Below are positions 27,301-41,460 of a DNA stretch of 64,000 bases, in pieces. Each line of letters opens with the position of its first letter. Position 1 is the stretch's first letter. The stretch covers positions 74,055,424-74,119,423 of the forward strand of contig NC_057717.1 of the NCBI RefSeq assembly GCF_004010195.1. The letters run 5' to 3'. The notes under the pieces are model-generated. The model had not been told where the DNA came from. It saw nothing but the letters and a program-made list of their open reading frames with translations, and did not search any database. Made by a program: the position numbers and the translations under genes. The DNA comes from Chiloscyllium plagiosum. Taxonomy: Eukaryota.

Positions 27301-27639
27301 GGTTTTAATGACTGGTGCCTCAGGGAATGTTAGGCTCCTAATAACCGAAAAAAAACCGGCAGGTCCCCAAGCTCTCAGGTGAATTGCTTGTTGAAACTGC
27401 CTTCGAGACAGAAATTTGTGGAGAGCCAGCTTTTTTCTCTCCAATAAATTAGGAAACGCTCTCAATCAAAGGTACCTTTTCATATTAGCAGTAAACAGAA
27501 AGAAGACGGCCCAGGGAGAACTTCAGTCTCAAGAAGAAAGTCACAGAAGACGACAGTTATTGTATGGTTTTGAAATTAAGTTGATGTAATATTAATAAGT
27601 GTCTTGCTGGAACACCATATTAGTTTTTCAGTTGTCTCA

Positions 27640-30600
27640 TTGGAAATTAAGAATTGTGGTAATGCAGATTAGGGCAGTTGAATGTCCCTCCTGAGAAATG
27701 TGGGAGGTATGGGTCACCAGTAGTGTCTCTGCTGACTGCATTTGTGTGAGGTGCACCCAAATCCAGCTCCTCGAAAACCGAGATAGGGAAATGGAGGTGT
27801 AGCTGGTTGAACTTTGGATCATTCGGGAGGCGGAGTCGTTATTGAGAGGAGTTACATTGATGTAGGCACAACTCAAGTAATAGAAGAAGGTAGATGGGTT
27901 GCCATCAGGCGACAGAAGGGGAACTGATATGCAGTGCAGGGATCACTTGTGGCCGTTCCCCTCAGCAACAAGTATACAGTTTTGAATACTGTTGGGGGAG
28001 ACGACATACCAAGGATAAGCAATTGGGCACAGGTCTCTGGCACAGAGCCTGTCCCTGTTGCTCAGAAGAGAAGGGGAAAGAGGAGCAGAACGTTGGTCAT
28101 TGGGGGCTCCATAGTTAGGGGGACAGACAGGAGGTTCTGTGGGAACGAGACAGAGTCACGTTTGACGTGTTGCCTCCCAGGTGACGGGCTTCAAGATGTC
28201 TCTGATAGTGTTTTTGTAATCCTTGCGGGGGAGCGGGAGTAGCCTCAAGTTGTGGTCCACATAGGCACCAACGACATAGGTAGGAAGAGAGATGGGAATT
28301 TAAAGCAAAAACGTATGGGACTAGGGTGGAAGCTTAGAGCTAGAAAAAAAAACAGAGTTGTTACCTTGGATTTATTGCCCATGCCACGTGCTAGTAAAGC
28401 GAGGAAATGGGGAGAACTGGATTCCTGGGTAATTGGGGTTCTTTCTGGGGTAGATGGGACCTCTACAAATAGGATGGCCTTCACCTGAACCAGAGGGGTA
28501 CCAACGTTCTTGGGGGGAGGGAGCAGAATTTGCTCATGCTCTTCATTTGGGTTTAAACTAATTCAGCAAGGGGATGGGAACCGAAATTGTAGTTCGAGTT
28601 TCGGGAGGATAAGAGTAGTGAAGTCAGAATTAAGATTTCAAGATCGCAACAAAACAGCAGCAGGAAGGAAGTTGGTTTGGAGTGTGCATACTACAATGCC
28701 AGGAGCATCTGCGATAAGGTGGGTGAGCTGCAGCATGGTTTTGTACCTGGGATTTAGATACTGTGGCCATTTCTACATGGGTAGAGCAGGGAAAGGAATG
28801 GTTATTGGAGTTTCCGGGATTTTGATGTGTCAGTAAGAACAGAGAAAATGGTAAAAGAGAAGATGGTGTGGCACTGTTAGTCTTGGACAGAATTCCAGTT
28901 GCAGAATGGACGTGTGAGGACACCTGTACTGAAGCGCAGCAGGTCAGGCAGCATCCAAGAAGCAGGAGAATCGACGTTTTGGCTCATGCCCGAAACGTCG
29001 ATTCTCCTGCTCCTTGGATGCTGCCTGACCTTCCGCGCTTTTCCAGCAACACATTTTCAGCTCTGATCTCCAGCATCTGCATTCCTCACTTTCTCCTGGG
29101 CTGAGATTAAAAACAGGAAAGAAGAGGTTAAGGAAGCGGGCATGGAGATAATTGAAATGTGGAGCTCGTTCAAGGACCATTGCGGGTCGTTGATAAGTAT
29201 GTACTTGTCAGGAAGGAAGGAAGTTGTCGAGCATGGGAGCCGTGGTTTACTAAGGAAGTTGAATCTCTTGTCAAGAGGACGAAGAAGGCTTATGTTAGGA
29301 CGACATGTAAGGGTTCAGTTATGGCGCTTGAGAATCACAATTTAGCCAGGGAAGACCTAAAGAGCGCTAAGAAGAGCCAGGAGGGGACGGGAGATAGGAT
29401 CAAGGAAAACCCAAAGGCATTCTGTAGGTAAATCAGGAATAAAACAATAACAAGAGTAAGGTTACGGCCAATCATGGGTGTTAGTGGGAAGTTGAGTGTA
29501 GAGTCAGGGGAGATAGGGGAAGCACTAAATGAGTACTTTTCGTCAATATTCACATGAGAAAAAGAGAATGTGATGAGAGGAGAATACTGAGATACAGGCT
29601 ACTAGACTAGATAGGATTGAGGTGCATAAGGAGGAGATGTTAGCAATTCTGGAAAGTGTAAAAATAGGTAAATCGCCTGCTGCAGATGGGCTTTTTCGTG
29701 AAATTCCCTCTGAAGCCAGGGAGGAGATTGCCAAATATTTGGCTTTGATATTTGTGTCGTCAATGCCGACAGGAATTGTGCCAGGATACTGGGGAATAGC
29801 AAATGTTGTTTCCTTGTTCAATGGGAGTAGAGACAAACCTCGAAATTATACATCTGTTAACCTTAATTTGGTTGGGGGTAAAATGTTGGAAAATGTTGTA
29901 TGAGATAGGATTTATAATCATCGAGAGATGAAAAAGTTGATTAGAGATAGTCAACACGTTTTTGTGAAGTGAAGGTCGTGCCCCACAAACATTATTAAGT
30001 TCTTTGAGAAGGAGAGTAAATAGATGGATGAGGGTAAAGCGGTTGATGTGGTGTATATGGATTTCAGTAAGGCGTTTGATAAAGTTCCCCACGGAAAGCT
30101 ATTGCACAAAATACAGAGGCATGAGAGTGAGGGTAATTTAGCTGTTTGGATCAGAGATTAGCTAGATGCCAGAAGACAGAGAGTGGTTGTTGATGGGAAA
30201 TATTCATCCTGGAGTTCAGTTACTGGTGGGGTAAAGCAGGGATCTGTTTTGGGTCCACTACTGTGTATCATTTATATAAAGGACCTTGATGTGGGCATAG
30301 AAGGATAGCTTAGTAAATTTGCGGATGACACTCAGGTCGGTAGAGTTGCAGATAGTTACAAAAGATGTTGTAGGTTCATAAAGACATAGATAAGCTGCAG
30401 AGCTGGGCTGAGAGGTGGAAAATGGAGTTTAATGCAGAAACGTTTGAGGTGGTTCACTTTGGAAGGAGTAACAGGAATGCAGAATTTTGAGTTAATGGCA
30501 AGATTCTTGGTAGTGCAGATGAACAGAGAGGTCACAGTGTCCAGGTACATCGATCCTTCAAAATTGCCACACAGGTTGATAAAGTTGTTAAGAAAGCCTA

Positions 30601-31219
30601 CAGTGTGTTAGTATTTATTGGGAGAGGGGTTGAGTTTCGGAACCATGCGATCATGCTGCAGCTGCACAAAACTCTGGCGCGGCCACATTTCGAGTATTGT
30701 GTACAGTTCTGGTCACCTCATTCTCGGAAGTATGTCGAAGCTTTGGAAATGGTTCAGTGCAGATTTACCAGGATGTTGCCTGGTATGAAGGAAAGGTCTT
30801 ACGAGGAAAGGCTGGGGGCTGGAGGTTGTTTTCATTCGTGAGAACAAGGTTGAGAGGCGACTTAACTGAGACTTTTAAGATAATCAGAGGTTTAGATCGG
30901 TTGGACAGTGAGAGCATTTTCCCTTGGATGGCGATGGCTAGCACCAGAGCACATAGTTTAAAATTGTGGAGTGATTGATATAGGACAGATGTCAGAGGTA
31001 ATTTCTTAACTGAGAGAGTAGTAGGGGCGTGGAGCGCACTGCCTGCAACAGAAGTAGACTCGCCACCTTTAAGGACATTTAAATAGTCAGTGGATAGGCA
31101 TAAGGACCAGAATGGAATAATGTAGGTTAAATGGACTTCAGATTGTTTTCACAGGTCGGCGCAACATTGAGGGCCGAAAGGACTGTACTGCGCTGTAATG
31201 TTCTCTGTTCTATGTTCTC
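27640..31219 (+). mobile_element. Near full-length decayed CR1 LINE (ORF1 zinc finger + SGNH esterase, deleted ORF2)
   Basis: CxxC..CVRCTQIQLL; LVIGGSIVRGTDRRFCG; VVHIGTNDIG; MDFSKAFDKVPH; FADDT; EYCVQFWSPH; tail TGTTCTCTGTTCTATGTTCT. Confidence 0.9.
28931..29097. mobile_element. Second Penelope terminal hairpin inserted in a CR1 copy
   Basis: AAGCGCAGCAGGTCAGGCAGCATCC...TCGACGTTT followed by the inverted arm ...CCAGCAACACATTTTCAGCTCTGATCTCCAGC. Confidence 0.75.
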
Positions 31220-32302
31220 ATGTAACAAATCTTAGCAAATTCAGCCAAAAAAATTAAATCAAGCACTTAGCTACCAAAACTTATTAAATTTAAATCTGCT
31301 GAATTTGACTCCCTAGAATACGCACAATTGTAAAAAAATAATTAATACGGTCATCTTAGGTATACAAGATGAGGTCTTTTGAAAATCGATGAGAGCCAAC
31401 TGCCATCTGCCAAGAGATAACAACATTCAGCTCTCAGAGAAAGCACGGTTTAATTAATAAGCGTGCCACGGCACTCTTAGCTAACATTCCATACAGCAGA
31501 ATTCACAGAGAAACACTGCGAACACATGAATTCGGCAGACACAGACGTCCCTGGCGCAAGAAGTCGAAGGAGAGAGATGTTCCTGAAAGAAAAGAAGCAG
31601 AGAGAGAAAGGAGCATTCCAGAAGAGGTATCCAACTCTAATTTTGGAGAGATCAAAGTCTATTTTTTAATTGGATAAATGGAACTTGTATTTATTGAAAC
31701 AGCCTAACATTTAGATTTTGTTTTATTCTGTTTGTTAGTAATTCAGTAAATATGTTCATATTAGAGTTGGATGAATGCATTATTACTTGTTGATTTCGGA
31801 GTGAGTGAAAGGATTTCATTACATTCACCCAATCCTTTGTAATAGTTTAAGGGAGAGAGGTAGGTCATACAAGCTGTCACACTTCTTCAAACAGGTAATG
31901 GAGCGAGTTGAGACTCTCGAAGTGTTTCAGCTTTCAGTTTCAGAGAGGGATGAACACGATTTAATAAGATTGGATTATTCCAGTTGATACGTGCTAATTA
32001 GAGTGGGAATATGAAGATCGATCAGACGACGGCATGGTTGAGGTGATGGTGCAGAGGAGAAAGATACACAACTTTAGATCATTGGAATCTTTTCTAGGGT
32101 AAAAGTGACTTGCATAAGCAGAACGAATGCACCTGAATTGAAGGGGGACGAAAATATTGGTTGGAAGATTTGCCAGTGCCACTAGGGAGGATTTAAATTC
32201 TTAAAGGTGGAAGGGGACTAGGACTCAGAGAGACAGTGAGAAAAATGATCCGTCTGACGCTGCTGCAGTTGAGCACAGGAGCAAGTCAAAAGGTCAAGGG
32301 AA

Positions 32303-34430
32303 AGAGCTGAAAATGTGTTGCTGGAAAAGCGCAGCAGGTCAGGCAGCATCCAAGGTTGCTGAGTTCGAGGGATTTGACTGAGACAAGGTGGGGGGAGGGG
32401 GAATGAGGAAACTGGAGAAATCTGAGTTCATTCCTTGTGGTTGGAGGGTTCCCAGGCAGAAGATGAGGCGCTCTTCCTCCGACTGTCGTGTTGCCATGGT
32501 CTGGCGATGGAGGAGTCCAAGGACCTGCATGTCCTTGGTGGAGTGCCTGCATGTCCTTGGTGGAGTGGGAGGGGGAGTTAAAGTGTTGGGCTACAGGGTG
32601 GTTGGGTTGTTTGGTCCGGGTGTCCCAGAGGTGTTCTCTGAAATGTTCCGCAAGTAGGCGGCCTGTCTCCTCAATATAGAGGAGGCCACATCGGGTGCAG
32701 CAGATGCAATAGATGATGTGTGTGTTTTGCAGGTGAATTTGTGGCGGATATCGAAGTGTCCTTTGGGGCCTTGGAGGGAAGTAAGGGGGGAGGTGTGGGC
32801 GCAAGTTTTGCATTTCTTGCGGTTGCAGTGGAAGGTGCCGGGAGTGGAGGTTGGGTTGGTGGGGGGTGTGGACCTGACGAGGGAGTCACGGAGGGAGTGG
32901 TCTTTTCGGAACGCTGATAGGGGAGGGGAGGGAAATATATCCCTGGTGGTGGGGTCCGTTTGGAGGCGGCAGAAATGACGGCGGATGATACGTTGTACAT
33001 GGAGGTTGGTGGGGTGATAGGTGAGGACCAGTGGGGTTCTGTCCTGGTGGTGGTTGGAGGGGCGGGGCTCAAGAGCGGAGGAGCGGAAAGTGGAAGAGAT
33101 GCGGTGGAGGGCATCGTCGACTACGTCTGGCGGGAAATTGCGGTCCTTGAAGAAGGAGGTCATCTGGGTTGTACAGTTTTGGAACTGGTCCTCCTGGGAG
33201 CAGATGCGGCGGAGACGAAGGAATTGGGAATATGGGATGGCGTTTTTACAGGGGGCAGGGTGGGAGGAGGTGTAGTCTAGGTAGCTGTGGGAGTCGGTCG
33301 GTTTATAGTAAATGTCCGTGTCGATTCAGTCACCCGAGATAGACATAGAAAGGTCTAGGAAGGGGAGGGAGGACTCTGAGACGGTCCAGGTGAATTGAAG
33401 GTCGGGGTGGAAGGTGTTGCTAAAGTGGATGAACTGTTCAACCTCCTCGTGGGAGCACGAGGCAGCGCCGATACAGTCATCGATGGAGCTGGGAAAAAAG
33501 ACTGTTCCACATATCCTACGAAGAGGCAGGCATAGCTCGGGCCCATTCGGGTGCCCATGGCTACTCCTTGGGTTTGGAGGAAGTGGGAGGATTGGAAAGA
33601 GAAGTTGTTCAGGGTGAGGACCAGTTCAGTCAGTCGAAGGAGGGTATCAGTAGAAGGGTACTGGTTGGTACGGCGGGAAAGGAAGAAGCGGAGGGCTTTA
33701 AGTCCTTCGTGATGGGGGATGAAGGTGTACAGGGACTGGATGTCCATGGTGAAGAGAAGGCGTTGGGGACCGGGGAAGCGAAAATCATGGAGGAGGTGGA
33801 GGGCTTGGGTGGTGTCCCGAACGTAGGTGGGGAGTTCTTGGACTAAGGGGGACAGGACCGTGTCGAGGTATGCAGAGATGAGTTCGGTGGGGCAGGAGCA
33901 GGCCGAGACAATGGGTCGGCTGGGGCATTCAGGTTTGTGGATTTTGGGTAGGAGGTAGAAACGGACGGTGCGGGACTATGAGGTTGGAGGTGNNNNNNNN
34001 NNNNNNNNNNNNNNNNNNNNNNNNNNNNNNNNNNNNNNNNNNNNNNNNNNNNNNNNNNNNNNNNNNNNNNNNNNNNNNNNNNNNNNNNNNNNNNNNNNNN
34101 NNNNNNNNNNNNNNNNNNNNNNNNNNNNNNNNNNNNNNNNNNNNNNNNNNNNNNNNNNNNNNNNNNNNNNNNNNNNNNNNNNNNNNNNNNNNNNNNNNNN
34201 NNNNNNNNNNNNNCACGGGGTGTCCAGGTGGATGGGGTGTGTTGGAGGCGGGAGAATGTGTCGTCAGAGGGTGGGCGAGAATCTTGGTTGAAGAAGTAGG
34301 CGCGGAGGCGAAGGCGGCGGAAGAATTGTTTGATGTCACGCCGCATGTTGAACTCGTTGATCCGAGAGCGTAGGGTAATGAAGGTGAGACCTCTGCTGAG
34401 GACTGATCTTTCATCCTCAGAGAGGGGTAG
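32303..34430 (-). mobile_element. Penelope-like retroelement (RT + GIY-YIG endonuclease), relatively young, frameshifted
   Basis: ORF pieces LSRGLTF..FFRRLRLRAYFF; MDIQSLYTFIPH..NNFSF..QTQGVAMGTRMGPSYACLF (PLE RT); IYCICCTRCGLLYIEETGRLLAEHFREHL (GIY-YIG). Terminal sequence at 32303-32354. Confidence 0.92.
33993..34213. other. Assembly gap (221 N)
   Basis: Run of n characters inside the Penelope element. Confidence 1.
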
Positions 34431-34537
34431 TGAGACAGGACCAAGGCAGAGAACGAAGTAAGACTGATCAATTAAATTCAATTTATTTCAATGAGAGAGC
34501 TCTGACAGTAAATTCAGATAATTTCGGTTCAAGTTTA

Positions 34538-36789
34538 TATGATAATGCTGTGGCTTTAACAGGTTATTTGTCCTTTTTTTTGAAGAGACGTTTTAAGATA
34601 AAGGTGCAGAATTGTCTACTTGGAGAGCCAGTAAAGTAAGCATCTTGCTAGGCCTTGGGTTTTCCTTTCAAGTTGGATCAATTGAAGCAAACTGAATGCT
34701 TGTCGCCAGCTCTTACAGTTAAAGATTTTTTGAGGTTTTTTTGGTTATTTGGTGTTACTTAAGCTGTTACTATTATGGGTTTGCAGAGTGAAATGTTTCC
34801 CTCTCTAGATTAAAACCAAAAGCTGGGTGTTCTCTTCCAAGGTTGCTAGATTGCATCAGAGACAAAATATTTTAATTGGTTGTATTTTAACTAAACTTTC
34901 TAAATAAATAATGTTTTGCTTAACATGGAAAAGTTTGAAAAAGCGCATTGCATCTAAAACACAGCATTTTACATTTGCCTTAAAAATAAGAAAATGTTGG
35001 GATCTGGGTTACCGTCTCACAATAATTTGAGGAGGTCCTATCTTCCCCATAACAAATCAGGGGCTCCTGTCCAGAAAAAAATCCAGGTTGGACTGCGGAT
35101 TATTGAATTCAATGCCAGCGAGTGGTCCGTGTAAATTACGATTTGGAATTTGAATTCGATTAGTCTAAAAAGGATGTGTCTTCTGTAGGACTGGGTCTTT
35201 CAGTCACGAACAAACTTCTAGAGGTGGAAGATGTCGCATCCGGAGTTTTATGGAAAGTGAACAAGAGAAAACTGTGGAAATTAGCAGACCACCTGGAGTT
35301 GGGGCTAGCTTTGCCCATGTAAAAATGACAAGGAATCGCAGCAATAGCTCGACATATATAATTGCTGGAATTACCATTTGAATCTTTACAAATGGTTCGA
35401 ATGCAATTGCAGATGAAGAAGCTTGGACATGAAAAAGAAATGAAATACTTTGAATTAAGTTTTTTTCAGAGGGAAAATATTATCACCAGCAGAAGAAAAA
35501 GAAAAGTAACGGATGGCTGTCGCAGAAGAAAATCAGAGACAGAAGAAAAGCAGAAACAGAGGGAGGAGGAAGTAAGATTTTAGCATATGAAGAGGAAAGT
35601 TGACTCAAAATGCAACTGAAAATAAATCAAGCATACGACGCCCGAGGGAAACGAATATTTTGGAAGACTTCAAGAATTCACTTCCTCATATGGTGAGAAC
35701 TCATTTGGAAGAGCAGAGAGATAAAACGGGAAGATTAGCAGTGGAAATGACCCAGGATTATGAGTTGGATAATAAATCAAAATCTGGCTTCCGTCATCAA
35801 CATCAGTCTGTGAGAGATAGAAATTCGGGAAAGGAGAAATCCTCATTTGGTAAGGGGAAAGAAGACCTCATTGAAAATTTAAAAACATTTGTCACAGGTT
35901 AAAAAGGAAACGTATGTGGGGGAAACAGAAGTAACAAAGCTTAGGTGTTGTCACTGCAATAAACTAGTTGCAGTGGTGGCATAATCAAAAAAGCACTGGG
36001 AAGATGGATGTGGGAAAACTGTTTAAGTCAGTATTCTGTTAAAGTGGTAACGGAAATCACAATTGAAGCTAAAACGTTGGAACGGAATGTACTATCGAAA
36101 AAGGGATTGGTTGAGAGGAAACTGCAACATCTCCTTAATAAATTTACTTGCACGAGTAAGGTTTGCTCAAATATGTCAGAAGGAACAGGTGAACAAATAT
36201 AAAGTTTGCAGGGATACAGGAGCATGTTTTGACCATGCTGTCACTTTAACAAGGTTATTTTGTCCTTGATATTTTTTTCAACAGAGGTGTCAAAATGTCT
36301 AATTTACAATGACAGAGTAGTGGCCAGTACTCCCAGTTCGGATTTCTTCTAGTGAGATTCAGTTGTAACAGTGAGAAACTGCTAGATTAGCTGTTGCACA
36401 GAAGATGCTGCAGTCCAGTTAAAGATTTCAAGCTTCAGCAGATTATTGACTGATGTGTCTCTGAAATCTTTTCTGCCACTAGTTGCCCGTGCCTAAATTT
36501 ACTTTTTGCCAAGGTGTATGTTACGGGAATGGGATAGTTCCTTAGTTAACTTGCTGTGTCTGATCAGTTAAGTTTTCAAACAGTTATGTTACACTAAATT
36601 CCATTCCCTTCTGTTCGTGTTTCAATTGCAGTCTTCAAATAAACTTTATTTTGCTGAAAGCCAAGAGGTTTGACCAACTGCATCCCACCTGGAATATGTA
36701 CTTCGTATCTGCCTTTAAAATAAGAAACAGTTATTAAGCTCGGCTAACTTTTGAAAATATGTTGCGGGGTTCTGGCCTGGTACATAACA
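34538..36789 (+). mobile_element. Truncated Gmr1-like LTR element: LTR, decayed tRNA-Pro-like PBS, gag/protease remnant, second LTR
   Basis: Related LTR-like units ~34538-35054 and ~36225-36789 (shared GCTGT..CTTTAACA.GTTATTT near the start, GCCTT.AAAATAAGAAA and CATAACA at the end). AATCAGGGGCTCCTGTCC follows the first. ILEDFKNSLP..RTHLEEQ (SCAN-like gag), CCHCNK, RDTGA. Confidence 0.7.
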
Positions 36790-36889
36790 ATGTCAATTTT
36801 TGATGGTGAGAGTCGAGGAGTCGAGACCAGAATTTCAGAAGGACAATTGGCAGAAAATTGGTACAAGAGGAATTTATGGAACAATTAAA

Positions 36890-37430
36890 ACTGTCATTGG
36901 ATACGTGGGGTTGGAAAGTCTGGTGGAAAGGGTAGAAGAGGTAATAGGTGTACAACTGAAACTCTCGTCTCCAGGTGTACAATTTGTCTGTGGTAGTGAT
37001 GTGCTGGGATCACAGGTCGGAGACTTGCCTGCAGTGGTTGAAAAGTTAGGACAGCATCAGGCAACTTAGGTACGACAGGAAGTATATCACGGGATTCTTC
37101 CCGACTGTGTGATGAGAAAGTCACAAAGCTAGGGTGTGAAACAGAGGCGAAACCAAAGAACAAACATAAGGAATTGACATACAATTATCACAGACAATGT
37201 TTGATGAAGTGGTTGAGAGAAAAGATCACATTGGAGCGTATATACAAACCACTGCAATGGAAAGTCAGAGCTGGCACCAACTAGAAAAGGTCAAACAGGA
37301 TCGCATAAATTCAAAGCAGAACAGTGCAGCAGCCCTTCACAGGAGACAACAAAGGACTGACGATGTCACCTAGAAAGGGGACAAAACGTCCGCAACAAAT
37401 CTACCAGCTCGGCGCACAGACCAGCAAAGA
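36890..37430. mobile_element. Fragments of a second Penelope lineage, including a degenerate hammerhead terminus
   Basis: Minus-strand LRPVIPAH-like RT remnant; plus-strand CTGACGA-TGTCACC-TAGAAA-GGGGAC-AAAA-CGTC at 37357-37390. Confidence 0.45.
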
Positions 37431-38149
37431 ATCCAACCAAGATTCGTGGTTTAATGGATAGCGAAGAAGGTTACCTCAGAGCAACTTGATTAGATAGACC
37501 TAAGGACCTAGTCCTGGCAGATGAATTTTAATGTAGGTAAATGTGGTATATTAAATATTGTCCGGAAAATCAGGCAAGAGCTAATACACTTAATGTTAAA
37601 TTCCTGGGATTATTTGAACAGCCTTCGACCATGACCTTTTATTGCCAATTACTAAGCCAGTTTCCAATCCATCTCGACAGGTTTCGCTCAGTTTCATGTG
37701 ATTTAATCGTCTCAGCTTCCCATGTGGGACGTTGTAAAACCGTTGCTAAAATCCACATAAACTACATAAATTAAACTTCCCTAATCCACTCATTTGACCA
37801 TATTTTCAGAAAATATTCTAACAAAATTGTAGGCATGACATTTCTCTGGAAAAGCCATACTGACTATTCATTTCCTTTCCAAATGATATTAATTCGCTCC
37901 ATCAGATTTTTCTCCAGTATTTTCAGCGGTCTGACGTTTCCTTGTTCATCTCTGTTCCCCTTCATAAAAAGTGAAATCACATGTACGGTCCTCTAGTCAT
38001 ATGACACATTCTCCATGGCCAAAGAGGGGTGAAATTTTTTTGCCAAAGCCTCTGAAATTATTTACCTCACCTCCCTCAGCAGCCTGGATGCAATTTATCC
38101 GGATCTAGGGATTTGTCTATTTTAACTCCGACAGATACTTCACTAGAAA

Positions 38150-38645
38150 GACTTCAATTCGAACGCATCACAGCTTGGTATGGCAACTGTTCTGACCAGG
38201 ACGGTAAGAAACTACAGAGAACACAGCCCAGTCGATTACACAAGCCAGCCTTCCATCCACCAACTCCATCCAAACTTCCCATTGGCTCAGGAATGCAGCC
38301 AAATCAATCCCAAATCATTTCCAGAGAAATGTCATGCCTACAACCACCGAGGTTATAATCTCTTCCACGCTCGTCCATTGGATGGAGAATACCAACGATT
38401 AAATACACGTACCAACAGATACAAGAGCAGCTCCTTCCACATTGTTACTCGACCTTTGAGTGAACCTGTCAAGGTTTAAACTTAATAATGTTCTTGCTCT
38501 TTGTGCGCCTTCCCCCCAGCCATGATATTGTATTTCTTGCTCTGTTCTATTAACCTTATGTATTTTGTATGGTATGATCTGCCTGTACTACACACAAAGA
38601 CAAAACTTTTCATTCTATCTAGATAAATGTGAGAATCCTAAATCA
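38150..38645 (+). mobile_element. Rex1/Babar-type LINE 3' fragment
   Basis: ITAWYGNCSDQDGKKLQR..RTNRYKSSSF, typical of the Rex1 RT C-terminus. Confidence 0.65.
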
Positions 38646-38649
38646 CTAG

Positions 38650-41460
38650 TAGCCCACTTCTAATGTCAAACTGTACAGGCTCCTCACAGTCTCTTTTCCT
38701 GAATTCTGTACCTACATTCTCCTATGCCAGAGTGAAGACCAAAGAGAAGTACTCATTCAACAGCGTTCCAATATGCTGCAACGTCACTCACAGGTTACCT
38801 CTTACTAGTTGATGACCCCTACTCTTTCCTTAATTAACTCTTCCCTTTCATGTGTTCATAAAATATCTTAGGCTTAACCCTAATCATGTTCACAAGTCCT
38901 TTTCCATGCCCCTTTTCCGCTTCTGTCGTCACTTTCTTACGTTTCCACTTGCACATCCTACATTTTTCTATGGCCACAGTTGAATTGCTCCTTTTGAACT
39001 TCCTAAAAGGCTTATTCTTCCTTTTCCAGTCCTGAATTGTCTTAGACATCCAGGGTTCGCTGAACTTATTGTTCCTTTATTACCCTCGAAAGTTCTTCTC
39101 CCGAGTTCCTTCCTTTAAATCCTCTCAATTTTTCACGCTGTGTATTTACTTGCAATTAACTCTTCCTGGGCTAGTGCGAGCACATCCTGCATCATTTTAA
39201 TGAAACCTACGTTCCCAAACCCAAAGCTGTCTTTTGCATGCCATCTTTTTCCTTAAAGTTAAAACCTGCCCTGCTTTGATCGCTATTGCTAAAATGGTAC
39301 CCCACTCCCACATCCAACACTCATTTGGCTCTTTTCTCCAGAACCAGTTTCAGCACTGCGCCGTCCCTTGTTGGGCCTTTTGTGTATTGATACAGAAGAT
39401 GTATCCCCGATGCATTTCAATAAATCTGTCCCGTCTAAAGCCCTAAAACTCCGTGGGAAAGTTGAAATACCCTAGTATAATTACTCGGTTATTTTTCTTA
39501 CACACGTCTATGAACTGTCGAAATATTTGCTCCTCTCTTTCCCCCTGACTGCGTGGGGGCCGATAATATACGCGCAGAAACGTAGCTCCTTCCTTAGTTC
39601 TACCCAAAAAGCCTCGGTTGAGGACCTTTCCAAGACATCAACACATTTTAATATAGTAACTGACTCCTTAATTAATAGTGCAAGACCACCGTTTTTACAC
39701 CCTCCTTTGTCTCACTAAAAGCTCCTGCATTTCGAAATGTTGAGTTGCCAGTCCAGCCCTTCCCTCAACCAACTCATGCATTCATATATCAGTCCAGGCC
39801 ATTAACATATCAGTCTTACCTTTCATACTGCTAGCATCAATGACCATCTAACCTTGCTTCACTCTCATGATACTCAACATAGCTGAAATCATGGTGATAT
39901 GTTTTCTTTGTTTTAGAATTATGTGTCACTGTTTACTCGATATTCTGTGCACCTTCAGCAAGTCAGATGAATTTAAATTCCTCCCAAAAGCACGAGAAAA
40001 CCTACTTGCAAGGATTTTCTTCATAATATGATTCAGGTGCAGACTGCCCCGTTTGTAAATGTCCCAAGATCCAAGAAAACGTCTGAATGAACTAAGAATC
40101 TAAAACCCTCCCTCGTCTGTTTTATTTTCCCATTACAAAACTCGTTAATTCGTGGCACTGGGAGTATTCCTGAGACTGCAACCATCAAGATCCTGCTTTA
40201 TAATCTATTACTTAGCTTCCTGAATTCTGGATAAAATTCAGGATTCATGACTGTTCCCATATCATTAGTCATAACATGTAACACGACCTCTAAATTATTG
40301 ACCACCCTTTCAGAATCTAGATTAGAGTGGTGCTGGAAAAGCACATCCTGCTCCTCGGATGCTGCATGACCTACATAGAACATAGAACATAGAACAATAG
40401 AGCACAGAACAGGTCCTTCGGCCCACGATGTTGTGCCGAACATTTGTCCTAGGTTAAGCACCCATCCATGTACCTATCCACGACCTGTTCTCCATTCCAG
40501 GCAACATCCTGGTAAATTTTCTCTGCACCCTCTCCAAAGCTTCCACGTCTTTCCTAAAGTGAGGCGACCAGAACTGCACACAGTATTCCAAGTGTGGCCT
40601 AACCAAAGTCCTGTACAGTTGCAACATTACTTTACGACTCTTGAATTCAATCCTTCTGCTAATGAACGCTAATACACCATTGGCCTTCTTTGGCCTAACC
40701 AAAGTCCTGTACAGTTGCAACATCACTTCACGACTCTTGAATTCAATCCCTCTGCTAATGAACGCTAATACACCATAGGCTTTATTACAAGCTCTGTCCA
40801 CCTGAGTGGCAACTTTCAAAGTGGTGCTGGAAAAGCACCTGCTGTGCTTTTCCAGCACCACTCTAATCTAGACTCTGATCTCCAGCATCTGCAGGCCTCA
40901 CTTTTGCCTACCCTCCCCTATCAGGATACCCAGTAACCATAGCAGCAGGGAAGCAATTCATCACCATTGAATCATTTCTTCGACTGCAGAAAAGCGTGTC
41001 TGCTACCCTGACTAAAGAGTCCCCCATCACTATTGTTTTTCCTTTCTTCTTCCTTCCGTCCTCTACAGTCAAATCATGTGTGGTGCTGGAAGCTTGGCTC
41101 TGACTGCATTGTTCCGAGGGACTAGCTCCCTCATCAGCTTCCCAAGTGGAATACCAATTTCTGAGTGGGTCCGAAGCGGACTGTCCCACTGCCTGTTTGT
41201 TGTTTCTACACCGTCTAGTCTGGACTATCTGGTGGTCACCCATTTCCTTCTTTTCCGTCATCCATTGTTCAGCAATCTGACCACCTATCCAATGCCTTAC
41301 AAACATCACTGTCAGCCTCGCAGATATGCAGCAATGTCCCCACTGTTCTGAGATCTAAAGCTCAAGCTTCTATAGCTGACAGCACTCCGTGTGCATGTGA
41401 ATATCTAGGGCACAGGTAGCGTCCATGGCTCCCCACATATGATAAGCAGCACATGTCATT
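38650..41460 (-). mobile_element. Old CR1 LINE 5' half, interrupted at ~40320-40910 by a younger CR1 3' end and Penelope termini
   Basis: IVMGDSLVRVADTLFC (ORF1); KPKIFYEHMKGK (ORF2 linker); nested copy YRTLVRPHLEYCVQFWSPH with (CATAGAA)n tail at ~40375. Confidence 0.75.
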
